Shown here in pieces: positions 1 through 9,499 of a stretch of 64,000 nucleotides of DNA. How positions within the stretch are numbered: position 1 is the stretch's first letter; each line of letters starts with the position of its first letter. This DNA comes from Kiritimatiellia bacterium. GTDB taxonomy: Bacteria; Verrucomicrobiota; Kiritimatiellia; RFP12; UBA1067. Position numbers and translations under genes: made by a program. The notes under the pieces were generated by a model. The model ran no database searches and was not told the DNA's origin. It was given only the letters and a program-made list of their open reading frames with translations. The stretch is taken from the NCBI GenBank assembly GCA_051884915.1, contig JBJEWF010000004.1, positions 243-64,242 of the forward strand, written 5' to 3'.

Positions 1-142
1 CATCGTCCGCGTTGAAGGCCATGTTGGCGGAAACCTCCGTGTCGACATATTCCGGCATCGCCGGAGGCGGCACGACGATCGTCCGTGCCAAGGCCGCTCC
101 GACGGCCAGCGCGGCAACCGCAAGCGACGCCGCACGGCCCAT
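1..142 (-). CDS. Partial secreted protein; only the N-terminal ~47 aa with a signal-peptide-like start MGRAASLAVAALAVGAALA is visible before the gene runs off the window start
   Basis: Minus-strand ATG at 142-140 followed by a hydrophobic signal-like segment. No stop inside the window, so it is absent from the ORF track. Confidence 0.3.
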   Translation of the reverse strand, partial: MGRAASLAVAALAVGAALARTIVVPPPAMPEYVDTEVSANMAFNADD

Positions 143-295
143 CCGGATGACATGGGAACAGGCCGACGAGGCACACCCCGCCGGAGGAAGTGCACTTCTC
201 TCGCTCATTCGGCTATTTCCCTTCCATGGAGGCGGTCGAAACTATATCATATTTTGGCCGCGATCTCAATTATTGGCCGAATGCCGAATGCCTGA

Positions 296-335
296 AATTC
301 AAAAATTCAAGGGCGGCTGCGGCGCTTCATGCGCC
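296..335 (-). terminator. Candidate rho-independent terminator of the giant LamG gene
   Basis: Minus-strand hairpin GGCGC-ATGAA-GCGCC at 335-321, followed by a U-rich run (TTGAATTTTTGAATTT) just after the TAG stop at 375-373. Confidence 0.4.
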
Positions 336-372
336 ACAGACGCCCCACGCGCCGCCGGCCGGCGGACGACGT

Positions 373-3300
373 CTAGCGAATGATGATCTGGGAACCGCCC
401 AGCGGCACGAGCCGGAGACACTTGCCGTCGGCATCGAGCTTGACGCCGACCGTTCCGGGCCGCACGCCCTCGATGGCGAAGGTCGGCGCGGTCTCGGCGA
501 TCAGGCTGCCGGTCCACGTCAACAGCGTGCCCGAAGGACGGAGGCCCTCCGGCGCGTCGATGCGGACGACGACGTTCCCTTCCAGCGTCAGGTCGCCCGT
601 CACGGCAATCGGGCGCAGCGCCTCGTCCTTCGCGCACGCCGCCGCCAGCGCCGCGCCGTCCATCAGCGTCAGGCCGTCCGCGAACGTGAAGGCGCTCGTC
701 GTCGTGGCCTTCACCGCCGCGCCGGGCGTCAGCGTGATTGGACCTGCGGACACGCCATCGCCCCACAGCGTCTGTCCGGGATAGAGCAGCGCGCCGTAGT
801 TGCCGGGACCGCCGAAGGTCGCCCCGGCGTGGACGACCACTTCCTTCGACATCTGCTGCCCGGTCGCCGCCTTGCCGCGGGTCGCCCCCGCGAGATCGAG
901 CCCGTAGGTCCGCGCCAACTCCTCCCCGACGGCGAGCACCTCGTCGTCGGACAGAACCTGGCCGCCCCAGAAGCGGATCTCCGCCACGTCCACCGGCGCG
1001 TAATGGCACTTGCCGAGTTCTCCGCCGCCCAGCAGGATGCGGGTGTTGTGGATGGTATTCGACATCGTGCAGGCCGCGGTTTCCTTCGCCCCGTCGATGA
1101 ACAGCGCCATCGTGTCCGGCACGTCGCTCTTCTTCGGGTAACGGACGACGACGACGTGCGCCTCGCCGTCGTTCAGGAAGCGCGAACGCGAACGTATCGT
1201 CTCGGAGGCGTTGGCGTAGCGGTGGGACGCGCCGATCCGGGCCGTCGCGGAGAGCATCAGCTGCCAGTTTTCGGCGTCCCCCGAGTAGAAGGCGGAACCG
1301 AGGAACGCCGCGCCTGCATCGGGCGCGAAGGCGCCGCCGCCCGTGCCGTAGCCGTGGAAGCGGACGACCGCGGCGACGGTCAGGCCGTCCTGGTTCCCGA
1401 CCGGCGTCGCGGACATGCCCGTCAACGCCAGGCAGGAGTCCGTGCCGTTGAAGGACACCATCTTGCGCCCGGCCAGCGTGTCGGAGGCGATCACCGGCGC
1501 CGTCGTCTGGCCCGGATATTCCGTGGACTGCACGAGAATGACGTCCGCGAGGTCCCGCGTGAACGTCCAGGTCGCGCCGTTGCCCGGCCCCTTGCCCGAC
1601 TTTTCGGGCCACGTCGCCACGGCCTCGCCCGCCGTCTGCGCGAGCGAATCCGCGGCCCAGACGGCCGTCGCCTCGGGCACCGCCGCGCGCGCACCGTCCT
1701 CCAGGTCGTTCCACAGCCGCTCGCCCGCGAACGCCGCCACGCCGTACTTGACGCCGAGTTCGCGCTGGACCGTCGCGCACAGGTCGGACGCGACAACGCC
1801 CGCCGTCATGCGCAGGTCGGCCAAATAGCCCCGAAACCGGCAGACGGGATCGGTCTGGCGTTCGCCCACGCCGAGGACGATGCGCGTGCGCCGCGTGCTC
1901 CTCACGTGATTGGTAGAGGGCTGCAGGGTGTAGACCTGGTCGTCGACGCGGAAACTCCACACCTTGTCGGCCTCCCAGCTCCACGTGACGACGTGCGGCT
2001 TTCCGTCGTTCACGACGACGTTCGAGGCCCACAGGGTCTCGTCCGGCAGGTCCTGCAGCACCTTGTCTTCATCCTCCCATCGGCCACCGAACGTGCCGCA
2101 TCCCACGTGCCCCTGGTCGTCGAGCGCGATACCGTACAGATGATCGAGGGAAGGATTATCCCAGGAGGAGTCGTCGATCGACGTGCCGAAGATCTGGGTG
2201 GCCGTGCGGATGTCGGACGAGGCCGTGCCGGCGAATCCCGGTTCCGTCTGGAAGACCATCGAGACCGTGAACGCCTTCTGCTCGCTGATGGGCTGGGCGG
2301 CGTTTCCCGTGAGGAACGCCGTGTTCGAGCCGTCGAACGCCAGGGCGTCGTGCCCGTTCACGGCGCCCGCGGCCAGCGTCGGGAACGTCGTCCCCCCCGT
2401 GTTGACGATGGTGGTGCCGTGCTTGAAGGACCAGACATCCTCCGGCACCATCGCGCCGCAATTCGTCCATTCGCTCAGCACGGCGCCGTTCGCGGCGGCG
2501 CCACAGCCGTCGCCCGTCCAGACGGCCGTCTCGAACCGGCTGCCGTAGGCGAGGCGCCCCTCGACGACGTCCGTCCGGCCCGTGTAGTCGTTCGCCCCCC
2601 GCAGCTGAAGGCAGCCTCCGCCCGTCTTGCGCAGACCGCCGGCGCCGTAGAGCGAGCCCGAGATGGCGATGTTGGAGATCGAATTGGGGACTTCCACGGA
2701 GACGCCGCCATCCCGGTTGGACAGGCGCATATCGGCCGGCGACTGGGTGGCCGTCTGTATGAAGGCCAGCGTGCCGCCCGAGAGAACGACGTCATACCAG
2801 GAGGGATCGGTCGGGTCGTCCGCGCTCCAGGCGCTGGCCGTCCGCAGACCGCCCGCGCCGACTTCCAGACGGCCCCCCGTCAGCCCGACGCGCACGCCCG
2901 CGTGGACGTCCGAGAGTTGCCACGTGTTGTTGTTGTTGCCGAAGAGCACGGCCGGCGTCCGGACGAGGCCGCCGGAGATCTCCAGCCGCGCGGACGACCA
3001 GTCCGACTCGGAGAACGCCACCGATTTCCCGTCCTTCTGCACGCTCTCGTTTATGAAACTGCGCGGCGCGAGGGAGAGGCCGGTGGCCCACCAGTTCCCC
3101 TGATCGGCCTGCGGCATGGTGCTCGTGTATTCGCCGCCCGTCACCCGCACCTCCGCCGGATAGGCGTCGCCGTTGCCCAGCCCGACCACGAGACGGCGGG
3201 AGGAGAACGAGCCCCCTTCAATCTGGAGCCGCTGCTCCTTCAGCCCATATTCCGCGGCCATGCCGCGCCCGAGAATGGCGCCGTAGGAGAACGCCGTCTC

Positions 3301-4320
3301 GCCGGCTTTCTGCGTCCACGACCCGCTCCGCAGATCGAACCAGACGTTGCCCGTCACGTCGGCGCCATCCGAGATGACGTGCGAGTCCTGCACGCGGATG
3401 TGGCCCTCTTCCCGATCCGACGTGTCGGACGCGGGCCCGCGCACCGCGTCCCCGGACGACAACGTAAAGGTATTGGTCCGGGAGGAGAAGCTCTTGTCGG
3501 AATCGGCTCCACCGAAGACCAGGTAGCCGGGGTTGTCGAACACGCCGCCTGAACCTGAAAGCAGGTCCGAAAACCTGAACGTATAGGTGTCTGTGCTCGG
3601 GATGAGCAGCAGTTTGGAACCCCTCGTCATCGTCGGAACCGAATTCAGGACGACGTCTTCGAGCGCGAAGATCTGAAGCCCGCTCATCGCGACGACGGAC
3701 GTCGACAGATCGCCCATGACCATGAGGTTGCCCGACGGGGAACCGGATCCGTGCGTCGTCAGCGACACGCAGATCCGCCCCGGCCCCGTGACCGACCGCT
3801 TGAAGGCGGGCGTTTTGTTGTCGCCCCAGGTCCAGGTCTGGTCGACCGGCAGGATCAGGTCCACGTCCAGATACTGACGAAAGTAATCAGACCCTGTTTC
3901 CGTGAAGATGCCGAGGCCGGCGGCGCCCAGCGTCAGCGTCCCGCCCGCGGGCGCCTGCAGGGTCAGGGCGTTGACGGTGTTCGTGCGAATGATGCCGGCC
4001 CAGATCGTCGTCTCGCCCAGCTGCAGCGTCTCCGGCGTCTGCCCGTCGAAGACGGCCACGTCGTCCGCGCCCGGCACCACGCCATCCGACCAGGCGTCCG
4101 GATTCGTCAGGTCGGTGATGCCCGAATCGTTGTTGTAGACGAACGTCAGCGGCGCATCGGCGCTCCCCTCGTCCCAGCCGTTGGTCGCCTCCTCCGCGCG
4201 GACGTCCGGCGTCCAGCTCGCCGCGGCCAGCAGCGCGCCCGCCAGCCAGAGGACGGTGGACGGTTTTCGCGACAGCGGTTTCGCATCAGAGAGCGGTTTC
4301 ACACCCGAGACATGGAGCAT
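373..4320 (-). CDS. Giant (~1316 aa) secreted protein with repeated LamG/concanavalin-A-like jelly-roll domains; adhesin-like PVC-type surface protein
   Basis: Long minus-strand ORF. ATG at 4320 is preceded by SD AAGGAAG. N-terminal signal peptide MLHVSG...LWLAGALLAAASW. LamG-like segments (for example ...VVRFHGYGTGGG...HVVVVRYPKK...) occur at least twice. The ORF track start at 4377 is a GTG in the 5' leader. Confidence 0.75.
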   Translation of the reverse strand: MLHVSGVKPLSDAKPLSRKPSTVLWLAGALLAAASWTPDVRAEEATNGWDEGSADAPLTFVYNNDSGITDLTNPDAWSDGVVPGADDVAVFDGQTPETLQLGETTIWAGIIRTNTVNALTLQAPAGGTLTLGAAGLGIFTETGSDYFRQYLDVDLILPVDQTWTWGDNKTPAFKRSVTGPGRICVSLTTHGSGSPSGNLMVMGDLSTSVVAMSGLQIFALEDVVLNSVPTMTRGSKLLLIPSTDTYTFRFSDLLSGSGGVFDNPGYLVFGGADSDKSFSSRTNTFTLSSGDAVRGPASDTSDREEGHIRVQDSHVISDGADVTGNVWFDLRSGSWTQKAGETAFSYGAILGRGMAAEYGLKEQRLQIEGGSFSSRRLVVGLGNGDAYPAEVRVTGGEYTSTMPQADQGNWWATGLSLAPRSFINESVQKDGKSVAFSESDWSSARLEISGGLVRTPAVLFGNNNNTWQLSDVHAGVRVGLTGGRLEVGAGGLRTASAWSADDPTDPSWYDVVLSGGTLAFIQTATQSPADMRLSNRDGGVSVEVPNSISNIAISGSLYGAGGLRKTGGGCLQLRGANDYTGRTDVVEGRLAYGSRFETAVWTGDGCGAAANGAVLSEWTNCGAMVPEDVWSFKHGTTIVNTGGTTFPTLAAGAVNGHDALAFDGSNTAFLTGNAAQPISEQKAFTVSMVFQTEPGFAGTASSDIRTATQIFGTSIDDSSWDNPSLDHLYGIALDDQGHVGCGTFGGRWEDEDKVLQDLPDETLWASNVVVNDGKPHVVTWSWEADKVWSFRVDDQVYTLQPSTNHVRSTRRTRIVLGVGERQTDPVCRFRGYLADLRMTAGVVASDLCATVQRELGVKYGVAAFAGERLWNDLEDGARAAVPEATAVWAADSLAQTAGEAVATWPEKSGKGPGNGATWTFTRDLADVILVQSTEYPGQTTAPVIASDTLAGRKMVSFNGTDSCLALTGMSATPVGNQDGLTVAAVVRFHGYGTGGGAFAPDAGAAFLGSAFYSGDAENWQLMLSATARIGASHRYANASETIRSRSRFLNDGEAHVVVVRYPKKSDVPDTMALFIDGAKETAACTMSNTIHNTRILLGGGELGKCHYAPVDVAEIRFWGGQVLSDDEVLAVGEELARTYGLDLAGATRGKAATGQQMSKEVVVHAGATFGGPGNYGALLYPGQTLWGDGVSAGPITLTPGAAVKATTTSAFTFADGLTLMDGAALAAACAKDEALRPIAVTGDLTLEGNVVVRIDAPEGLRPSGTLLTWTGSLIAETAPTFAIEGVRPGTVGVKLDADGKCLRLVPLGGSQIIIR

Positions 4321-4417
4321 GGCAATTCTTCCTTTTCTTGCTGTTTTCGGCCCGCGACGGCACCGCGGGGCGGACACGTCGCCCCCCCGGCGAGACTGCC
4401 GGAACAGTCTGCCATGA

Positions 4418-4450
4418 ATTATAACTATTTTTTTTTTTTTTTTCTGTCAA
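4418..4450 (-). promoter_or_regulatory. Sigma70-like promoter whose spacer is an A16 homopolymer (T16 on the + strand, 4428-4443): TTGACA-N21-TATAAT
   Basis: Minus-strand TTGACA at 4450-4445 and TATAAT at 4423-4418, both consensus. The spacer G-A16-TAGT is 21 nt. Predicted TSS is near 4411; the gene ATG is at 4320. Confidence 0.5.
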
Positions 4451-4568
4451 CCGCAAAATGCGCGTGCGTACCGGACGCGGCGGGGCGCGTGGCGGGAGGA
4501 ATCGCCGGGCGGATTTCTGCAGGCGGCACGGGTTGCTTCAATCGGAACGGCAGGGGCGCGACACGCGC

Positions 4569-4597
4569 TTGCGCCCGTGCCGTGAATGCCCTATAAT
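4569..4597 (+). promoter_or_regulatory. Candidate sigma70 promoter for the downstream secreted hydrolase gene
   Basis: TTGCGC (4569-4574), 17-nt spacer, TATAAT (4592-4597). It is divergent from the adhesin promoter. Confidence 0.4.
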
Positions 4598-4699
4598 GGA
4601 GGGCGGATTCTGGCGGCCGGTCCGGCCTCCCGCGGGGGATGCGCACGGGCGCCGGAACCGGTCCTCGGGCGGCCGGACGACACGCAAACGGGAAACGAC

Positions 4700-6163
4700 A
4701 TGAAAAACGCGATCACTTTGACGCTGCTGGCTTTGGCGCTGCCGCATTTTGCCGCGACGGTGGCGCCGGCCGATGACGGGCGCGCCCTCAACAACCCCGG
4801 CATGGGGTTTGTCATGCACTATTACGACAACAGCTGCCGGAATTACGGCGACACCTTGCCGCCGGGGGACGACATGCGCGCCTTCCCGGGATGCACGGTG
4901 GTGTACCTGCGTCTGGCATGGGAATTTCTCGAACCGGAGGAGGGCGTTTTCGATTGGACGACGCTCGATTCCGTCGCCCAGCGCTGGATCGACCGCGGCG
5001 GACAGGTCGCCTTCCGGATCACCACCGCCGAAACCGCGCGGGGCAATCCCGGCGTGCCGAAGTGGCTGATCGACAAGGGCGTCAAGGGCACGCGCTACAA
5101 TTTCGGCTGGGGGCCGGAACATGGGCCCCACCCCGAAGGCAGATTGTGGGAAGTGGACTTTTCGGATCCGGTCTACCTCAAGTATCTTGAGCGTTTTCTG
5201 TCCAGGCTCGCCGCGAAATACGACGGCAGGGACTCCGTCGCATTCGTCGACATCGGATCCTACGGCACCTGGGGCGAGGGGCATTCCCATGGTTCGAGCC
5301 GTCCGCCGGCCGCCAAAAAGGCCGCCGATCTGAAACTCCACATCGACCTGATGCGGCGGACGTGGCCGAACACCTACCTGGTGATTTCCGACGATGTCGA
5401 CGGCGGCAGCAACCGGGATCCGGCGAAATGGCCGATTCTCGACTATTGCCGCCAGCTCGGCATTGGCTTCCGCGACGATTCCATCATGGTCGGCAGGCCG
5501 CCGCATTCATGGTATCACGCGGAACAGGCCGCGCTGTACTGGCCGACGATGCCCGTGGTGCTGGAAACGGAACACTATCACATGTCGCTGGAGCGCGGCG
5601 CATGGTCGCCGGCGCTTTTCGTGGAGAGCGTCGAGCAGTATCACCCGAGCTACGTGTCGCTGCATGGCGATCCCTGGAAGATCCTGAACGGGAACAAGGA
5701 GGCGATCGACACGATCAACCGCCGGATGGGCTACCGCTTCAACCTCCGGGAATTGTCGTTCGACGATTCCCTCGTCATCGCCCCCGGAACGACCAACGCC
5801 TTCAGTTTCGCGTGGCGCTGGGCGAATGCCGGCGTCGCGCCGGTCTACCGGGACGCCTACCCGGCGATCACGCTGAAAGACGCCAAGGGCGGCATTTTCG
5901 CCGTGCTGGTGGACGACAGCGCCAACCTGAGGCGGCTGAAGGGATGCGCCAGGAACGAAGCGCCCGACACGCTCGCGTCTTCGCGGAAGTTTGCCATCGC
6001 CCGCTGCGGCGCGCCCGTCGTTCCCTCCGGCAAGTACGAGCTTTACGTTTCGGTCGGCGACCTGTCCGGCCACCCGGTCTTCGAGCTGCCGCTGGCGGTC
6101 AAGACCGACGGCAAGCGCCGCTATCTGCTCGGCACGGTCGACATCCAGAACTCCGCCCGGTAG
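4700..6163 (+). CDS. Secreted TIM-barrel glycoside-hydrolase-like protein (DUF4832-like; family uncertain)
   Basis: ATG at 4700 followed by signal peptide MKNAITLTLLALALPHFAATVAPA. NPGMGF...Y and WxF motifs typical of uncharacterised GH-like families. The ORF-track start at 4586 is an upstream extension. Confidence 0.55.
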   Translation: MKNAITLTLLALALPHFAATVAPADDGRALNNPGMGFVMHYYDNSCRNYGDTLPPGDDMRAFPGCTVVYLRLAWEFLEPEEGVFDWTTLDSVAQRWIDRGGQVAFRITTAETARGNPGVPKWLIDKGVKGTRYNFGWGPEHGPHPEGRLWEVDFSDPVYLKYLERFLSRLAAKYDGRDSVAFVDIGSYGTWGEGHSHGSSRPPAAKKAADLKLHIDLMRRTWPNTYLVISDDVDGGSNRDPAKWPILDYCRQLGIGFRDDSIMVGRPPHSWYHAEQAALYWPTMPVVLETEHYHMSLERGAWSPALFVESVEQYHPSYVSLHGDPWKILNGNKEAIDTINRRMGYRFNLRELSFDDSLVIAPGTTNAFSFAWRWANAGVAPVYRDAYPAITLKDAKGGIFAVLVDDSANLRRLKGCARNEAPDTLASSRKFAIARCGAPVVPSGKYELYVSVGDLSGHPVFELPLAVKTDGKRRYLLGTVDIQNSAR

Positions 6164-6177
6164 CCCGGGGCGGAGCG

Positions 6178-6765
6178 TCAGCCGGCCATGCGGCCGCAGG
6201 TGGCCACGAACAGCGCGTGGACGGTCGGGTCGGGATCGAGCTCGGGATGGAAGGCGGTGGCGAGGAGATTCCCCTGGCGCACGGCCACCGGCACGCCGTC
6301 GACGGCGGCGAGCGTTTCGACGGACGGTCCGCACGCGCGAATCGCCGGCGCGCGGATGAACGAGAGCGGAATCGCCGGGCCGCCGGCGAACGGGGTCTGC
6401 GCGTGGAAGCTGCCGAGCTGCCGCCCGTAGGCGTTGCGCTCGACCGTGACGTCCAGCAGGCCGAAATGCACGGCGGGATCGTCCTTCAGCCGCTTCGCGA
6501 GCAGAATGACCCCCGCGCAGGTGCCGAAAGTCGGCAGCCCGGCGGCGATCTTCGCCCGCAGCGGCTCGAAAAGCCCGAGTTCCCGGAGCAGCTTCGCCTG
6601 GACGGTGGACTCCCCGCCCGGGAGAACGAGTCCGTCAAAGGGCGCGGCGAGGTCGTCCCGCTGCCGGATCTCGAAAACCTCCACGCCGAGTTTCCGCAGG
6701 CGGCGTTCATGCTCGATGAACGCCCCCTGCACCGCCAAGACCCCGATGCGCATGGGCCGCCTCAT
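6178..6765 (-). CDS. pdxT: Pyridoxal 5'-phosphate synthase glutaminase subunit PdxT
   Basis: Class I glutamine amidotransferase signature ([12 protein letters not shown]...GGEST...GTCAG). The start overlaps the pdxS stop (ATGA coupling). Confidence 0.9.
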   Translation of the reverse strand: MRRPMRIGVLAVQGAFIEHERRLRKLGVEVFEIRQRDDLAAPFDGLVLPGGESTVQAKLLRELGLFEPLRAKIAAGLPTFGTCAGVILLAKRLKDDPAVHFGLLDVTVERNAYGRQLGSFHAQTPFAGGPAIPLSFIRAPAIRACGPSVETLAAVDGVPVAVRQGNLLATAFHPELDPDPTVHALFVATCGRMAG

Positions 6766-7637
6766 TTGCCGCGCTCGGCCATCAGCACCTGGATTTCGCT
6801 CTCGTTGATGCCGACCATGGCCTCGCCCAGATCTTCCGAGACTTCGGCGACGATCTTCGGATCGTTGAAGTTCGTGACCGCCTTGACGATGGCGGCGGCG
6901 CGTTTCGCGGGATTGCCGCTCTTGAAGATGCCGGAACCGACGAAGACGCCTTCGGCGCCCAGCTGCATCATGAGCGCGGCGTCGGCGGGCGTGGCGACGC
7001 CGCCGGCGGCGAAGTTGACGACCGGCAGCTTGCCGTTCGCGTGGACGAAGCGGACGAGTTCGACCGGCACGCGCAGCTCCTTCGCGGCCTCGTAGAGCTC
7101 GTCTTCGGCCAGCGAGGCGAGGCGGCGGATCTCCGCCTGCATCATGCGCATGTGGCGGACGGCCTGGACGACGTCGCCCGTGCCCGGCTCGCCCTTGGTG
7201 CGGATCATCGCCGCGCCCTCGGCAATGCGGCGGAGCGCTTCGCCGAGATCCTTCGCGCCGCAGACGAACGGGACCTTGAACTGCGTCTTGTCGATGTGCA
7301 GGCGGTCGTCGGCGGGGGACAGGACCTCGCTTTCGTCGATGTAGTCGATTTCAATGGCTTCGAGAATCTGCGCCTCGGCGAAATGGCCGATCCGGCACTT
7401 GGCCATCACCGGAATCGACACGGCGGCCTGAATGCCCTTGATCATCTTCGGGTCGCTCATGCGCGCGACGCCGCCCGCCGCCCGGATGTCGGCCGGGATG
7501 CGCTCAAGCGCCATCACGGCGCAGGCGCCCGCCGCCTCCGCGATCTTCGCCTGTTCGGGCGTGGTGACGTCCATGATGACGCCGCCCTTGAGCATCTGGG
7601 CGAGGTTCTTGTTCAACTCATGACGTGATGCATCCAT
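6762..7637 (-). CDS. pdxS: Pyridoxal 5'-phosphate synthase lyase subunit PdxS
   Basis: 291-aa protein with the classic PdxS sequence (LKGGVIMDV...AEAAGA...[21 protein letters not shown]). Confidence 0.95.
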   Translation of the reverse strand: MDASRHELNKNLAQMLKGGVIMDVTTPEQAKIAEAAGACAVMALERIPADIRAAGGVARMSDPKMIKGIQAAVSIPVMAKCRIGHFAEAQILEAIEIDYIDESEVLSPADDRLHIDKTQFKVPFVCGAKDLGEALRRIAEGAAMIRTKGEPGTGDVVQAVRHMRMMQAEIRRLASLAEDELYEAAKELRVPVELVRFVHANGKLPVVNFAAGGVATPADAALMMQLGAEGVFVGSGIFKSGNPAKRAAAIVKAVTNFNDPKIVAEVSEDLGEAMVGINESEIQVLMAERGK

Positions 7638-7730
7638 TGTCTTTTTTCTCCTTTGGCTGTGACGGCGGATATGCTACACTTTATGCTGATTTCATTAAAT
7701 GACCAGTTCCATGAAATTTTATATGACCAG

Positions 7731-8837
7731 ATGAAACCGCGCTACCGCAAACTCTACGACCGCCTCAAGGCGTCCATCGTCTCGGGCGCGATTCCGCCCG
7801 GCGCCCGTCTGCCGTCCAAACGGACCTTGGCGCATGAGGAGAACCTGAGCGTCATCACCGTCTCGCACGCGCTCGCGATGCTCTGCGAGGAGGGCTACGC
7901 CTGCGCGCGCGAACGCAGCGGCGTTTTCGCGGCCTACCGCGAAACGGACGACGGCGCGCCGGCGGCGCCGCCCCGGCCGGTCCGGAAAGCGCCCGGCGTC
8001 AACCGGCACCGGATCCAGGACGGCTTTCCCTGGAACGACGCGGTTCGGAAGATCCGCGCGACGCTGGCCCGCTACGGGGAACGCATTCTCATCAAGTCGC
8101 CCAACTACGGCACGCGCGAACTGCAGGAGGCGGTCGCCGACTACCTGCTGCGCGCGCGCGGCATGAAGGTGGCGGCGTCGCAGGTGGTGGTGGGGTCGGG
8201 CGCCGAATATCTCTACGGCCTTCTCGCGCAGGTGTTCCGCGGGGAGACCATCGCCATCGAGGATCCGGCCTATCCGAAAATCCGCGCGGTCTATTCGGCG
8301 CACGGCATCGACTGCGAGGCGCTCCGGCTCGCGTCGCACGGCATCGAATCGCAGACGCTCGCGTCCTCGCGCGCGCAGGTCCTCCACGTCACGCCCTACC
8401 GGAGTTTCCCGACGGGCGTGACGGCCGACGCGTCCAAACGCCGCGAATACGTCCGCTGGGCGGAGGCGCGCGACGGCTGGCTGATCGAGGACGATTTCGA
8501 CTCCGAGTTCTCCCCCCTGCGGCGCGGCGCCGAAACGCTCCACGCGATCGACGGGGGCAAGCGCGTGATCTATCTCAACACGTTCTCGAAGACGATGGCC
8601 CCTTCCATGCGCGTCGGCTACCTCGTCCTGCCGAAGGGACTCGCCCGGCGCTTCACCGAGCGCGTCGGCTTCTACTCCTGCACGGTGCCGGTGCTGGACC
8701 AGCTCTTTCTGGCGGACTTCATCAACGACGGCGATTTCGAGCGCCATCTCAATCGCCTCCGGCGGCTCTACCTCAAAAGGTCGCGGGCGCGCGCAAGCGA
8801 CGCCGGCGTGGGCGCGGAAACCCCGTCGAGGCGGTAG
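7731..8837 (+). CDS. pdxR: MocR/GntR-family PLP-dependent transcriptional regulator, PdxR-like
   Basis: N-terminal GntR wHTH (YRKLYDRLKASIVSG...LPSKRTLA) plus an aminotransferase-like domain. Divergent from pdxST. I prefer the ATG at 7731, because the upstream in-frame ATGs lie in AT-rich intergenic sequence. Confidence 0.75.
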   Translation: MKPRYRKLYDRLKASIVSGAIPPGARLPSKRTLAHEENLSVITVSHALAMLCEEGYACARERSGVFAAYRETDDGAPAAPPRPVRKAPGVNRHRIQDGFPWNDAVRKIRATLARYGERILIKSPNYGTRELQEAVADYLLRARGMKVAASQVVVGSGAEYLYGLLAQVFRGETIAIEDPAYPKIRAVYSAHGIDCEALRLASHGIESQTLASSRAQVLHVTPYRSFPTGVTADASKRREYVRWAEARDGWLIEDDFDSEFSPLRRGAETLHAIDGGKRVIYLNTFSKTMAPSMRVGYLVLPKGLARRFTERVGFYSCTVPVLDQLFLADFINDGDFERHLNRLRRLYLKRSRARASDAGVGAETPSRR

Positions 8838-9487
8838 GCCAGCCCCAGGTTCCGCCACTTCGCCGCGCCCAGCGCATGATAGGGCAGCACGTCCACCCGC
8901 ACCACGTTGGGCAGCGTGCGGATGAACGCGCCCAGGCGGCGCAGATCGTCCGCGTCGTCCGTGACCCCCGGCACCAGCACGTGGCGGATCCAGACGGGCT
9001 TGCCGATTCCGGCCAGATAGCGCGCGCAGGCGAGAACCGGTTCGTTCCCGCATCCCGTGAGGGCGCGATGCCGCGCGCCGTCAATGTGCTTGAGATCCAG
9101 GAGAACGGTGTCGGCGGCCGCCAGGAGACGGCGAATCGCGTGGTCCTCGGCGGCGAACGGCCCGGCGGCGGTGTCCAGGCAGGTGTTGACGCCGGCGGCG
9201 TGAGCCAATTCGAAGAGTTCGGCCGCGAACGCGGCCTGCTGCATCGGTTCGCCGCCCGAAACCGTGATGCCCCCGTCGCTTCCCCAGTAGGCCCGGTAGC
9301 GCAACGCCCGCTCCAGCGTCTGGGCCGCCGTCATCGCGAAAGCCGCCGGACGCGCCCACGTGTCGGGATTGTGGCAATAGGCGCAGCGGAACGGGCACCC
9401 GCTCAGGAACACCAGGAAACGGACGCCGGGGCCGTCGGCCGCGGCGAACGTCTCGAAACTGTGGATCCGGCCCGTCTCCGCCGCCAT
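8768..9487 (-). CDS. pflA: Pyruvate formate-lyase activating enzyme (radical SAM)
   Basis: CxxxCxxC radical-SAM motif in GCPFRCAYCHN, about 239 aa, adjacent to pflB. Confidence 0.85.
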   Translation of the reverse strand: MAAETGRIHSFETFAAADGPGVRFLVFLSGCPFRCAYCHNPDTWARPAAFAMTAAQTLERALRYRAYWGSDGGITVSGGEPMQQAAFAAELFELAHAAGVNTCLDTAAGPFAAEDHAIRRLLAAADTVLLDLKHIDGARHRALTGCGNEPVLACARYLAGIGKPVWIRHVLVPGVTDDADDLRRLGAFIRTLPNVVRVDVLPYHALGAAKWRNLGLAYRLDGVSAPTPASLARARDLLR

Positions 9488-9499
9488 GCCGTCTCTCCG

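Noticed and set aside
190-3552. 1120-aa plus-strand ORF, and similar very long ORFs at 8876..11776 +, 11892..14159 +, 13771..16722 +, 23690..26530 +, 38245..42612 +, 44398..47679 +, 49689..51746 +
   Set aside because: Their translations are low-complexity Arg/Gly/Ala/Pro-rich strings with no motifs. Each lies antisense to a well-supported gene (adhesin, pflB, GH127, large GH, M20/coiled-coil, GH2/CBS-DHH, KS/KR cluster, GRE). High GC content suppresses stop codons on the antisense strand.
4428-4443. T16/A16 tract as a pure sequencing artefact
   Set aside because: Homopolymer errors usually change length by 1-2 nt and would not create a 16-mer. The tract is flanked exactly by consensus -35 and -10 hexamers, which argues for biological relevance. 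Exact length remains uncertain.
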